A stretch of DNA of 58,986 nt, filler included, from Sluysia triapertura (lineage: Eukaryota): NCBI GenBank assembly GCA_046118255.1. It is 4 parts of 4 records of this genome, joined end to end, with 100 filler letters (N's around TTAATTAATTAA, not from the genome) between each part and the next. Parts side by side here need not be neighbours in the genome. Positions count along the whole stretch, not along the records: positions 1 to 13,580 come from JBJNIA010031492.1; positions 13,681 to 28,115 come from JBJNIA010259402.1; 2 more parts are not named here. One strand, 5' to 3'. Positions 13,161-25,402 of the stretch are shown here, in pieces (the first letter of the stretch is position 1; each line of letters opens with the position of its first letter). The notes below the pieces were generated by a model. The model was not told the origin of the DNA and did no database searches. It was given only the letters and a program-made list of their open reading frames with translations. The position numbers and the translations under genes were made by a program.

Positions 13161-13470
13161 ACTTATTGTATTAGTACATGTATGAAGCTTATTATATTTT
13201 CACAAATAGTGCACTTATTACATGTACATGTCTATCATTTTGTATCAATTTCTCCTGCCCTTTTCAATTCTGCGTCTTCCTCACTCATTTCTTATTGAAC
13301 AATTGAGTAATCTTATCTTTTCATAAGCAGAAATTAATCTCGCAAACAACGAGTGGAACCTTAAATACTGTAATTCCCGCTTCCTGCATACAATGTATTA
13401 AGAATCTTACATCATATCAAACTTGTAAATCAGTTTTTAAAATTTATTTTAATCTCTACAAAAGCTGCTC

Positions 13471-13527
<57 letters not shown>
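13471..13527. repeat. (AAT)n followed by (ATT)n, a self-complementary microsatellite
   Basis: Direct reading; the triplet flips orientation at ~13506. Confidence 0.9.
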
Positions 13528-13580
13528 AATTGTTTAAACGATCCATCGCAGAAGATATAGCTAGAGCGTTTATTTAGCCA

Positions 13581-13680
13581 NNNNNNNNNNNNNNNNNNNN
13601 NNNNNNNNNNNNNNNNNNNNNNNNTTAATTAATTAANNNNNNNNNNNNNNNNNNNNNNNNNNNNNNNNNNNNNNNNNNNN
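13581..13680. other. Artificial scaffold-joining linker (44N-TTAATTAATTAA-44N)
   Basis: Exactly 100 nt with a six-frame stop linker; identical at three sites. Confidence 0.97.
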
Positions 13681-14380
13681 GTTGATATAAAAAGATCTAG
13701 AAATAACAACTGCAAAGTCGTAGTCAAACTGTCGCATCACGAAATGTGTTTTGATAATGACAACATAATATTAAATCTTATTAATTTAAAATTTAATTTA
13801 TCTATACCCTCCATACATTTATTAAAAGCAATAGGGAGAGTTTGAACCTTCTATAATAATAATAATTGTTATTATTAATTTTATCATAGTTTTACGAATA
13901 CAAATTAGAATTTTTGTCTTTGTTATGCCTTAAAAACATTATTGCTATTATTGTACTTAACTTTTAAAACGTTTTTGTGAATATAAATTAGAGTTTTTTT
14001 TGCCTTTTTGTTATAGTACATAGTAAAAATTAAACAACTGAAAGAATTGTGTAACAATAATAGTAATTAGGAGTAAGCCATAATATTGAAATTAATTAGA
14101 ATTACTGCCATGGATTTAGATTAGTGTGGGAAAATTAATATGAAGCTTGACTAAACCTATTAAAAAACTCGTGTGGTACTAAATAGATGCCTTAATAGAG
14201 CAATACCAAAACTTCCTACAGGTATGTCGTTTAGATTTCCAATTTAAATCGTAAATTGTAGATGAACCCTTCTTACTTATTTTGTAAGTTTAAGGAAAAG
14301 ATAAAATACTTGCAATTCTATCTGCTTCATCTTTAAACAAACCCAACTCAAATTGTTTTTATTTAAATTTATAAAATATC

Positions 14381-14605
14381 GCCCCTCTTAAAAATCTACA
14401 TCTAATTTATTAACAATACATGCAAATTATTACTCGCTCTAATCCAGTATACCAAATAATACATGCTCACTCTAGCCAATCAGAACGATCTAATACATAA
14501 TAAAAAATGTACAAATTAATACCAAATCAAAGTTTAATATAATAGACATTATAACCAATAAAACACTAAACTAAACAAGTGCGCGCGAGTAAACCAGAAA
14601 GTGGG
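14381..14605 (-). mobile_element. LTR-retrotransposon 3' UTR fragment ending in a polypurine-tract-like AAGAGGGGCGA
   Basis: Same family as 12995-13160; purine run at 14391-14381 on the minus strand. Confidence 0.4.
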
Positions 14606-14763
14606 TATGATTCAGCGAGAACATTTTTATCTACTTTTTGGAAAAGCTACATTGAATGACATGTGTTGCTGAAACATATTATTGGAAATCTTGCGATTTA
14701 AATTAACGGAAATAACACAAATAATCATTGTTTTAATTAGTTTTAAATGTGTAACCAAGGAAT

Positions 14764-14826
14764 TATGTATTATAGAATAATCTAGAATTGTGTATTATAG
14801 AATAATCTAGAATTGTGTATTATAGG
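14764..14826. repeat. 25-bp tandem duplication inside a dispersed repeat
   Basis: TGTATTATAGAATAATCTAGAATTG repeated ~2.4 times; flanking CAAGGAATTATGTAT...AAAATGATTTTCAC recurs at ~35425-35550. Confidence 0.8.
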
Positions 14827-15435
14827 ATACACTTGAAAAATATTTAGAATGAATCCATATAAAAGAAAGATTCAGAATCTCATATTTATTTAATCAAAAA
14901 ACGTATTTCGCATTAAAAAATGATTTTCACAAATTAGATATAATTTGTTGAGTTCGTGCTTCTTATGTCTGAAGATTTTATAAGACTATATTTTGGTTAT
15001 CGTTTAAACTTATACTTGTCTTAAATTCGTTTGAGTATATGTTTACTGTTGTGGTACAGCCATTCAACAACGATTGTATTACGTCATAAACACTACATAC
15101 ATACACACACAAACCAAATTTTGAATCCGCATAGTCATGAGATTTTTCAGCAATCTTTATATTGTTTTTTCCAAACACTAACCCTTAAAACAACGGATTC
15201 ATAAAACAACGAAATATTTTAAACTATTATTTTATTCACTAACATAAGTAGAAATTATTTGTATGTTTTTCAACTTCTAATTATCATATTTCATTATTAT
15301 AGCAAGCTACATCGTCATCATAGTGTCTACCTCTCTACACTTATATTTTAACATATGTTTACAAAGTTTTACTCTGTGGTATATAAATAGAGTCAAGTTG
15401 TCAAATAATTGAGATATAATTTATCTCATATTATA

Positions 15436-15900
15436 ATATGAGCTTCAAAGTACTTCAAACGAATTAACAGGAAAGAAACCCACTTCAAAAGAAGTAAATC
15501 ATTTAAAGTGTGCCTTATTGCAACACGAAGAAAACGGATATCAAGTCATTATGAAAGCATTTGATATTTCTTGTGGTACATTGTATTTTTATTGAATATT
15601 TAAAATCTGATGCTGCTAATTGAAGATGCAGCCATTAAAAAGTAGATTGAACAAAAATATTTAAACTTGGATTTTGTTATGATGAAGAAAAGAAAAATTT
15701 CACTGAAAAAATTGAAGACCTCGATGGACAATTAGAAATTTAGAATCGAAAATAATATTAGCTAATACCGAAAAGGTGAATTATTAAATTTATAAATTAA
15801 TTTCATGTAGGGCTTGGAATTTGAAATGCACCTAGATATGGAAGACTGGAACCACGAAGAAAATTATGGCACACACTTTATTGTTGTTCAGCAGGTTAAA
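15436..15900 (+). pseudogene. Degenerate unidentified gene with a 35-nt intron
   Basis: Protein-like frames with stops (ELTGKKPTSKEVNHLKCALLQHEENGYQVIMKAFD...), GT..AG at 15776-15810, then GLEFEMHLDMEDWNHEENYGTHFIVVQQ. Confidence 0.3.
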
Positions 15901-16663
15901 ATTTTGTTGCAGGACTTACAAAATGATGAAATACTGATTGATGTTTTGATATTTTCATTTGACTTATGTTCTTATACATCCATGGGATTCTGTAGTTTAA
16001 AATTTATAATAATGTATTTATTAAATATATACAAATATATTAATATTCAAATACATTAAATTATTCATTTTTATTCATTTATTAATTGTACATTTGAAAT
16101 TTTGTATAAAGTAAAATACCTTAAGCACTATAATAAAGAATTTCGTGCTAAGTTGATTATAAATCAATTTTTTAAATACAAAGAACGCCAATAACTAAAT
16201 TTACGTTGTCAAACAGTAGCTATATCGTGTATATCATAGAGAAACACAGGCGATATAAGTTTGATGCCCAAATGTCAAAAGTTGAAAACATAATATTACA
16301 TAAATTACGTTTAAAGTTTTATTTATTCTTATAAGAATACCACAGAGTTTGATTGGTTACATATTCCATGTTGCATTGTTTATTAATATTAAGTTTACAT
16401 GAATGTTTAATTCTATTTAAAAATAACCGCTACCATATAAGGTATTAATATTAATTTGTTTCCTTCTCTTAAATAAGTTTAAGTTACAATTTTCGGTTCA
16501 GATTTATTTCAATCCGAATGTCAATTAAACTCATTTTATTAAACACTAAATCATTATAATTTTCTATTATCTCAATATCAATGCTTAAAGTGGAAAAACA
16601 TATTCTTTACTTTAGAGGTCGAAATTTCCCAAGACAAATAAGAAACATGTTTAAAAAGTAATT

Positions 16664-16993
16664 TTAAAAGTCATAAAATAAATACCTGTTGGTAATAATG
16701 CGGCAACGAACCATAAAGTGCTTTGCGATATTTTCTTTAAGTTCCACCACCATCTTTTGCCATTGCTTTGAAACAAACTCACTTGTAAATTGTACACGAA
16801 TAATATTTCTGTGCGTAGTTATGTCGTAACAAATTACTGTTTGTCTATGTGTATGATTTACATTAAGGTCTAAACATTTGTCAACAACACTCGATACAAG
16901 TTGCGCAACAAATTCCATAACTCTGCATTTACCATTTGAAAAAAAACTAAATTCTAATCATTTAATATTTAATAATGCCGTTTCGGTTTCCAT
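16664..16993 (-). pseudogene. Unidentified ORF broken by one in-frame TGA
   Basis: METETALLNIK*LEFSFFSNGKCRV runs in frame into the 84-aa track ORF; TGA at 16960-16958; donor-like CAG|GTAT near 16685. Confidence 0.3.
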
Positions 16994-17599
16994 TGATTAA
17001 ATTTTTAATGACTAATATAATCTAATATGCGGCCTTTATAATAAATACTTGCTAATACAACATAACTACGACTGAATGATTATTTATATATGCACATTAA
17101 TGACTAAGTAACTTCTGTTTTATTTGTATGCATCTAAGGGGAGAAAAGTTCTTTTGTCCCTATGAGCACACTTTTTATTGACTCAAACACAAATCAAATC
17201 CGACTTTGCCAAAAGGTGCGGATGTTAAGGAGGATAAAGATCGCATATTATATGATGGTTATGAATATGAAAACTGAGTAATTGTTTAACATTTGAGGTA
17301 TTAATTAAGTTGTTTAGTCAATGTTTTATTTATTCATCGCTAAATACTAAAATAAACTTATCAACTACAAAATTGATATACTCATTCCAATCAACCGAAA
17401 CCCTTTTTATTAAAAAACAATTTCCATTTTGCTAACACCAAATAAAACTAGATAAATCAAGATCGTTTCCAGGAGGGAATAGAATGATGGTCTATTTATT
17501 AGGTTTATATCTTCCACTGTACAAAATGTAACCAAATTTGTTATTTTAATGTTTTTAAAATTGTTTAATTTTCACAATTTATTGGTTTATTTGATATCA

Positions 17600-18160
17600 T
17601 TATATTTATCTTATCATATCATATTTTATAATACTTATCCTTGCTCCAGTGTCCATTAAACCTGATCTACCGTGCCATTTATTATGATTTATTTTCAACT
17701 TAATACAAAATATGCAACTTTTACTAAATCTAACATTATGAACTTTAAAAGTATTATTTTAATATTGCCACTTTATCAAACATACATTTACAATCAATTT
17801 TGCTCTAACCTCGTCATTTTCAGAAACGTTTCTACAATTCTGTAGATTCATTTTTATTGCTTCTGCATAATTTATTGAATTATCTTTACTAATATAATAT
17901 GTTTCTGTAAGGTGAACCTAAATCTTTGTCTATCTGCAGATTATGAATACATTTTTCCCTGCATGTAACATTATCTTTATTCGAATCGTTGGCATTCACT
18001 TTCAAAACAAATGTCACATATTTTATTTGATGTTTCACGAGGTCAAATTCCTACTTTTTAGGATGATATCCAGCCGAATATTATTGAATATCGAAGCTAT
18101 GTGGTTTAAAAAATTTGTCTTTTTATGCATAATTAATTTCAACTTCCAAATATTTGTTTC
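17600..18160 (-). pseudogene. Degenerate LTR-retrotransposon gag-protease remnant
   Basis: GLMDTGARISIIKYD at ~17662-17618 is a retropepsin D-T-G-A active-site motif; upstream frame is protein-like with many stops. Confidence 0.6.
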
Positions 18161-18287
18161 TTAATAGTAAACTTTATTAAACATCATTAAGGATGGCAAA
18201 AAGAACTTCAAGTTACCTGGAATTGAAAATTTTATTATTATTTAAATTTCTACTACAATTTAAAATCAATTATATTATAAATTTAAA

Positions 18288-18653
18288 ATGAATATTACAT
18301 ACTGTGATGACAGTGGAATAAAAAGTACATATTTAAATGCCACAAAAAAAATACCGCCAGAATTATTAGCAAGACTAATGAAATCGGAAAGAAAATGTAC
18401 TAGAGAAATATTAAACGAAAAATTAAAAGTAGCTGAACAAAGGAAAGAAGTTTGTTTTTATTTTCAAATTATAAGTTTCAGTTTTAAAATATCAATAGTT
18501 TCATTAATAAAGTAAATATTTTTGTTCTAGTCCCTACAAAATATTCAGCGACAAAAAATCATTGAACACCATAATAAAGTAGATAAGTTGAAGAAAATGA
18601 AAGCATTTTACAAACAATATTCTGTAGTAGATTCTCCAGAAATTGAATATTAA
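18288..18653 (+). CDS. Stathmin-like small protein, 2 exons (18288-18449, 18531-18653), 94 aa
   Basis: Phase-0 81-nt GT..AG intron joins EILNEKLKVAEQRKE to SLQNIQRQKIIEHHNKVDKLKK, resembling stathmin LEEIQKKLEAAEERRKS; ends TAA. Confidence 0.7.
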
Positions 18654-20257
18654 GCTATATGTATAGTGAAAACATGTTATGATATTCATTGAATAGTGGA
18701 GATGTTAAAAAGACTTCAGTTTTTTTTTGAAATTTTAAAGAAATGTTTAAATGACTCTGTTTATTTTTTTTTGATTCAAAAATTATTTAAAAATTTTATT
18801 TTAAAATTATGCCAATAAGATCGAATGATATTTTTATTGTGCATTAAAATATTTTTAAATGTTTTAAGTTACATTATTACTCGGTTTTAGTTAAGTTTCT
18901 AATAAATTTGTTTCAAATTATTTAATTTTCTTTAATTATTTAGTTAAACGAACTTAATGAATAATTGATAATTTTATATATTTATATATTAATATGTATG
19001 CTGTGGTTTTTATTAAAATTTACGTCGAAACCTACGGCAAAATAGAAAATCGAGCAGGATTCGGTTTCAGTAAGCGTCTTACGTCATGAAGTAGGCACCA
19101 ATGCAGCAAAGTAAGTTAAACGAAGCAAAATAAATCGAACCTTTAATTTTATAGTAAGAGGGTCAACTAATTCTAAATGAATTGTAAAAAAATTTACAAT
19201 TTGGATGGATAAGTTATATAATAAGAATAGAATTTAAAGAAAGACATTGTATGATTGTAATATTAAAACTTCTAAAAGCATTTAATATCTTTAATTAATA
19301 ATTTACGTGTATTTTGCCCCTCAATATATCGGGGAACCTTAAGAATAAAGTTATTCGAAATTGATTTTAAGATATTATTTTCCTTAAATGAAAAAAAAAC
19401 AAATTACTTGAATCATGGAAGAAATTTGTGGAAATCTAATGATAATGTTGCCGCGAATTAAATATCTAACAAAATTAGCTAAACTGATGGCTTAACCGAT
19501 TTGAAAATGATTGATTTGAAATTAGCGAATTTACAAATGGCTGTACTGAAAATGGCGATTTTCATTGTATTGATGCTAGTGTATATACTAGTCACTAAAC
19601 AATTAAAACCGATGGAATGTTCTAGAAGCTTCTATGCTATTGTAATGACTAATCTAATCTATTTTGTGTGTAGTGGTTCATTTATTACTTATTTTTATTT
19701 GTGCTAATCATTTATGTGCTCTATTTATAATATTGATCTTTATGCTAAATTGTGGAATTTTGTAAAAAATTTTTAAAAAAAAAATAAGTATGTTTTTAAT
19801 TTTTATTGAAATTATTAAATTAAATTATTTTAAATTAAATTTTTAATAAAATTATTTTTGAATTAAATTATTAAGCTAATGAGATTAAGTTATTTAATTA
19901 AAAAATTTTATTTTATTAAATTTTTGTTTATCGAAATATACCTTTTGTTTTAATCTGACTTCAAGGTCAGATTAAACTACTATATATACATTTACAAAAT
20001 CACATCAAAAAATTTTGATTATAAATCCTCACAACAAATCTTTACTTAAAAGTCTAATTATTAACAGTTAAAGAAGAAAGTTTCTATTTCGGCGCTGACA
20101 TTTGAATAATTTTATTTGGATCACGTTAGCTTGATTTTTATTAAGATCAGATATTCGTAGAATATCAATAGTAAAATTTACTTAAATTTTTGAATTTTTA
20201 TTTGGATCGTAAATGATCTCAGACAAAATATCATTTTAAAAAATTTCTTTTTATATT

Positions 20258-20324
20258 TAATAATAATAATATATTAATTTATATTGCGCTTATATCTACC
20301 GCGAAAGTACTCAAAAGCGCTTAA
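20258..20324 (-). mobile_element. L2-LINE/SINE-type 3' tail fragment
   Basis: Minus strand AAGCGCTTTTGAG...AAGCGCAATATAAAT...(ATT)n resembles L2-clade 3' tails; near-identical copy at 39710-39779. Confidence 0.55.
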
Positions 20325-20649
20325 GGTAAACTAAGCGCTTATTGTAACTTTATTATTTTTATTATTAATTTCTTATCTATAATCATTGTTATAATAAAAC
20401 TTAAACTTGTGGTTTGAATTTTCCTTGCTATAGCTTTAAAATCATAAAATCAGTTTATTCCAAAGATTTCACATACTAGAAGTTAAGTCTAGTAAGTAAA
20501 CTATATTTTATTCGATTCCATATAACGGAATCTACGCAATATTCTCATTTAAACTTACTACAATTGATATTTAATTTACTTAAATTATCATTTACTTAAG
20601 TGTTAAGAAGAACTTTTGTAATCCAAGTTAAGCATCTTTTCTTACGATT

Positions 20650-20706
20650 AAAATCCAACGGCTGGCCTTCGCTGGTAAGCCCAGTACGTTGGTGAACTCA
20701 CGCTAA
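20650..20706 (+). ncRNA. Conserved 57-nt structured motif, copy A (candidate cis-acting RNA element)
   Basis: 51/57 identical to the reverse complement of 22377-22433; stems CCAACG/CGTTGG, CTGG/CCAG, GTG/CAC. The repeat is directly seen; RNA function is inferred. Confidence 0.55.
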
Positions 20707-22376
20707 GTTTTATTAAATTTATTCTACACTTTTCTTACATTATTAAAGCTGTATTACTGAATAAAGATGATGATGATGATGTTAGCATAAGCGAATGTGA
20801 CATTGTAGATGAAGAACATTACATCTTGTTATAATTGATTTAATTAAATATATTACATTATATATATTACATTGCTTATAAGTAATTATATATTATATTT
20901 TGATTTAATTTAATATATTATGGTGCGCCTTATTTATAAAAATATTTTAAACAAAGTTCATTTTTTAACTTTTATTGACGATAGAACGTTTATATTAATT
21001 GATAACTGTTTGCATATTTAAATAAATTTTATATAAATAAAGTTTCTTCATTGGATGAGAACATAAAATTGTATTTAGATAAGTTTAGTAGAAAGTTTCG
21101 ATGAAGCTATTAACTGAAATTCATTTAATGGTTCTAATTATGTTTGCTTGTAATTTATATCTTAAATTATTCATTTTTAGAAATGTTACATTTACTCAAA
21201 TAAATCATGAATTGTCAATTAACAAAAAAATATTTCACACATTTTAATAATTTTATTAAAGCACTTTCTATTGTTTTATTAAAAAGATCAATATGCGTTA
21301 TTTTGTTAGTTATCAGCTAAAAAAATGCTTACATTTATAAATAAATGTATACTTCGTTTATGTATCATTTCAAATAAAGTATTAATTTAAATAATTATAA
21401 GTCAGATTTTTAATTAAAAAAATTCATTCATTTCGTCTCATTAGCAATAATTTTAGATAAATTATTTTAAAATATAGAAATTATAAACGAATGTTTTGTG
21501 ATTAATTGAATAAAAAGTAATTTGAAATTTTGTTTTTTTAATGAAAATTATTACATACTTGGTAAAATATTTCGTTAATTCATCCATTTTTTGCAAAATT
21601 GTCGACTTTCTGAATAATTTTCAATTGTTGAAATATATAAATATTACACTAGATGAATTATAAGTCGATTCTTAATTTTAATCTATTAAAATATTTTTAT
21701 TTTAATTAAAGATTAATTAAAATGTATTTGTTTTAATATTTTAAATTTTGTTTTTATGTTTTACAAAAATGTTATTTTATAAGACATTTGTAGTAGTTTT
21801 ACTTTTAATATCATAAAACTTAAATACAATAAATAACAAGATAAATATTTAATAATTTTAAAAGACAAGTAGTGAAACTAAAATGAGGAAAGCTGTGTTA
21901 CAACAATTGAATTTTCATTTTAAATAATTCCTAAACATTTGTTTTCTTTAGGCAGTTTTGCAATAATCAATGAAGTGTATTTACTACTAAATTATTTAAT
22001 AGTTTGTTCTCCATATATGATCGTTAGATTAATTTATTTATCATTTATTTAGGCCTTAGTGGTTTTATTTAATACACTGATTATTATATATCTAAATTAA
22101 ATTAAATCAAAACTTATCATAATTCCTATTGCAATATTTAATTGTGAACGGTTATTTTTATTTTATTATATAGCTGTAATCAAACGCTGTACATAAAACT
22201 TAGTGAGTTTTAAGTAAATACATTGAAACTTTGAATAATCTTGGAGTGTAAATAGTGTTTCGTAGCAATTAATTTATTATTTTATAACCCATTATCCAAA
22301 TATTTTGGACTAATTTTTAAACAATGAAAATTATGGATATTGTGAGAAAAGTAATATAATAGAATATGGTTAAAGT

Positions 22377-22433
22377 TTAGCGTGAGTTCACCAACGTACT
22401 GGGCTTACTGGTTAGGGCCAGCCGCTGGATTTT
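22377..22433 (-). ncRNA. Conserved 57-nt structured motif, copy B
   Basis: Inverted copy of 20650-20706; an A>G change turns an A-U pair into G-U on the gag-sense strand. Confidence 0.55.
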
Positions 22434-24240
22434 GTAAATAAAAAAACCTTAAGTGATGCTTAAAAAGAAATGCTCCAGAACCTCAATACTTAATTATATT
22501 TTTAATTGTCTTGAGTTAAGTCAAATAATTTTAGTTAATTTATCAAAAATAATAACAATGTTAATAAGATGATTTTTCGTTTATTCCCTTAAATACATTT
22601 TACGTCGTTAGATTTAAATTCTAACTTTGGAAAGCTTTTCTAATAATCAATTTTATAGTTAAAGCTATATAAATTAAATTATAAGCAAAAATTGATTATC
22701 AATAATTTATTTTTAAAACTTTTAATCAAAGAATGTACAAAATGGTAAATGAAAAATAATAATTTGCACTAATTAACTCCTTGAGTTAATGGATAATATA
22801 AATGATTTTATTAAAGAATTTTACGTTGGATCTATTATAAGATCCTAAAATTATTATTATAATATTTTAAGTAGAAATTTACGTTGGATACACGAAGGTA
22901 TCAGGCCTTAAAATAATTAAACTAGCGTGATACAATAAAATTTGAAAAGAATTGATTGTCTCTGGAACCGTAATGGAGAAAAAACTTGCAATTAAAATTG
23001 TAAAGTTGAAAAACAAGACTTTTGAAAATAAAATTGTGTTTTGTTTCTAAAATTTGAACATATTTATATCTGTTCTTAATCCGACTTTCATCAGATTAAA
23101 ACAAATATTGAAAACAAATTTATTTCAAGTTAATTTAATTTTTTAAAATCATAATAAATTACTAAAATAAATATAATTAATAATAATGCATCAAAAATAA
23201 CTAAAATTACTTACATTTAATAATATAAAAATATACTATCCAAAAACGACAAATAATCAAATAATTCAAATAATTACAATATGAAATAATATAATAAATA
23301 AATGTATTAATAAGTATGTTAAAATAATCAATAAATGTATGATGTATCAACGAGTGTACTATTATCAGTGAGTGTGTTATATGTTACCAATGAGTGTGTT
23401 ACAATACTAACAACGAAAAATATCTATAAAACGGTTTAAATGTTAATATGATATAAAGAATCAAGAGACAACTTAGAAATTATTTTACCAGTGTTAATAG
23501 ATTGATTCTTGTTCCACCGATAAATTCATCGATAAATACATAAATCCGAATTCGCGAGGAGAAAAATATTTCCGACGCCAATCCAACTATTTCTATTGCC
23601 TATTTCCACAAGTTTTTTATCCTTTTTTAAAATATACGTATATTCACTAATAATTTTTGAACTAGTTCAATTTTTATTAGGTAATAAAGCCAACTATATT
23701 AGCTTTTATAAATTTTTCGTTGTTATAGTATACCTTATTCTTAAAATTCTTTCGATTAATTTATTCTTGCATTTTGATATTCTTATTCCTAAAATCAAGC
23801 TGTATTTAATAACTAAGATAATCTTAGCTTCAAAATATTTATTATTCTCATGTTGTAAGGGCGTAAAGTTTTATTTTTGTCTTATTTTTATGTTTTATAT
23901 TTTTTATTATTTATATTTAAAAATTTTCAAAATTGTAAATTATTATAAAAATTATTAAAAAATTATTATTATTTAAAAAATTATAAATAAAATTTAATTA
24001 TAAAAAATTTAAATTTAAAAGAATGTTCTGAATTAAAGAATTGTTTTTTATACTCACAAAAACTATAAAAACAAATAGCAGTAGAACCATCATTTTGACA
24101 ATTTCAGTTTACTGATATAGTCGCCATTTTAAATTTATCAGTCATATTAGTTTCAACAATCCATTCATTATTTCGATTCTCTTTGGCATTCGAACTGTAA
24201 AAACTTGATTGTTTTGATTGTTACACTTGACTTATTGTGT

Positions 24241-25402
24241 TCACTGTACATTGTTATTATTATTATTATAATTATCATTAAACCTTACTTTCCTATTTGG
24301 GCTTTGGTATTGACCCCTTACCTTATTAAAATCCTGAGTGAATACATTTTGTCTTAATTTCCTACAATCTCTTGCATAATGTCCTTTCTTATTACAGTTA
24401 TCACAGATTAATTCTCCATCTATATTAGTTTGAGTCTTATTATTATTTTTATCATATCTTATTGGACTTTTGCTCCTATTCCTATTAAAACTAGAACTTG
24501 GTGGCCATCTTGGTGCTTGTCTCTGTTCATAATTAGAAGCACCATAATTACTTGCTCTATTTTGGAATCCTCTATTATTATTATTATTTCCTCTATAATT
24601 ATTTGAGTTATCCATGTTATTGTTTGAACTGTTTCTTCTATAATTACTTGAATTTCGTCTAAGATTATTTCTATCATTACCTCTATAATTATTTGAATTG
24701 TTATTACTTCTGTAATTATTTGAATTATTATTGCCTCTGTGTGGGCTATTACGTCGTTCCTGGCTATAATTATAATCATTCTATTCTTCATAATTAGATC
24801 TATTATCATTATAATTATTTCTTGTCATTTTAGGGCTCTTATCCCCTTTTTCTTCGTTGTCACTTACATAATCAATATTATTCTTATTTTTCTTTTGCAT
24901 AATTGAGCGGTCAATGCTCCTTAATATTTTAATTACTTCCGTAAAAGGTTTTCCATCTATTAAATTGATATAAGTTATTAATTCAGGTCGCAATCCAGTT
25001 TTTAATTTATCTTTTAATGTTAATTTTCTATTAGCTTCTGGAATTTTGGCTCTAGCAACAAGGCTTTTAATAGCGCGAACATATTCATATACAGATTCGT
25101 TAGGTTTTTGTATTCTAGTATTAAGCTTTTTTGCATTAACAAATTCATTCCAGGTTTGCTTATTATTATCACTTATTTCCTTATATGTCTGGATAGCAAC
25201 TCCAGTTAGGTAATTTTGGATCCGTTTTATTTTCTCGGCTTCATTCCAGCCGTTAGCTTCTGCTATACTTTCGCATTCAAATAAGAAATCGCAGAGATCT
25301 TCCTCTGCACAGTTAAACTTTTCATTTCGGGTAAAGCATTATTGGACGCATTTCTCTGGCTAATTGTGCCATATAATCTTTAAATTCATTTGGTAAAGCC
25401 AT
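24241..25402 (-). pseudogene. gag: Ty3/gypsy Gag (capsid, Asn-rich spacer, CCHC knuckle), one frameshift and one internal stop
   Basis: FLFECESIAEANGWNEAEKIKRIQNYLTGVA, MHR-like RIQKPNESVYEYV, KTGLRPEL, zinc knuckle CDNCNKKGHYARDC; frameshift near 25325, TAG at 24783-24781 links two track ORFs in the same frame. Confidence 0.9.

Larger units (their letters stand above)
19020..20780 (+). mobile_element. Hairpin-rich non-coding retroelement 3' region, copy A (no gag visible)
   Basis: Collinear matches to the minus strand of 22340-23770: AAGAATAAA..TCGAAA..ATTTTAAG, TTGTGGAAAT, TTTGTTTTAATCTGA hairpin, TTAAGCATC and the 57-nt motif. 19029-19098 also recurs at 54587-54651. Confidence 0.6.

Noticed and set aside
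17800-18160. Stop-codon reassignment suggested by many in-frame TAA/TAG in protein-like frames
   Set aside because: TM9SF ends in TAA at the canonical C-terminus, synapsin exons and the 523-aa ORF have no internal stops, and affected regions also contain frameshifts; ordinary decay explains it.
20650-20710. HDV-like ribozyme (small hairpin followed by GCTAA)
   Set aside because: Could not build P1/P2/P3 consistently in both copies.
22405-22460. Pistol-ribozyme-like CTGG-TTAGGG-CCAG hairpin with downstream CCTTAAG
   Set aside because: Not conserved in copy A and the other pistol helices are missing.
23078-23100. Hammerhead core CTGATGA on the minus strand (also at 41035 on plus)
   Set aside because: No stem II between CTGATGA and GAAA; the second lies in a probable exon.
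24459-24809. Ile-rich ORFs (also 26630, 32950, 38019, 47694, 50095)
   Set aside because: Alternate-frame translations of AAT/ATT low-complexity DNA.
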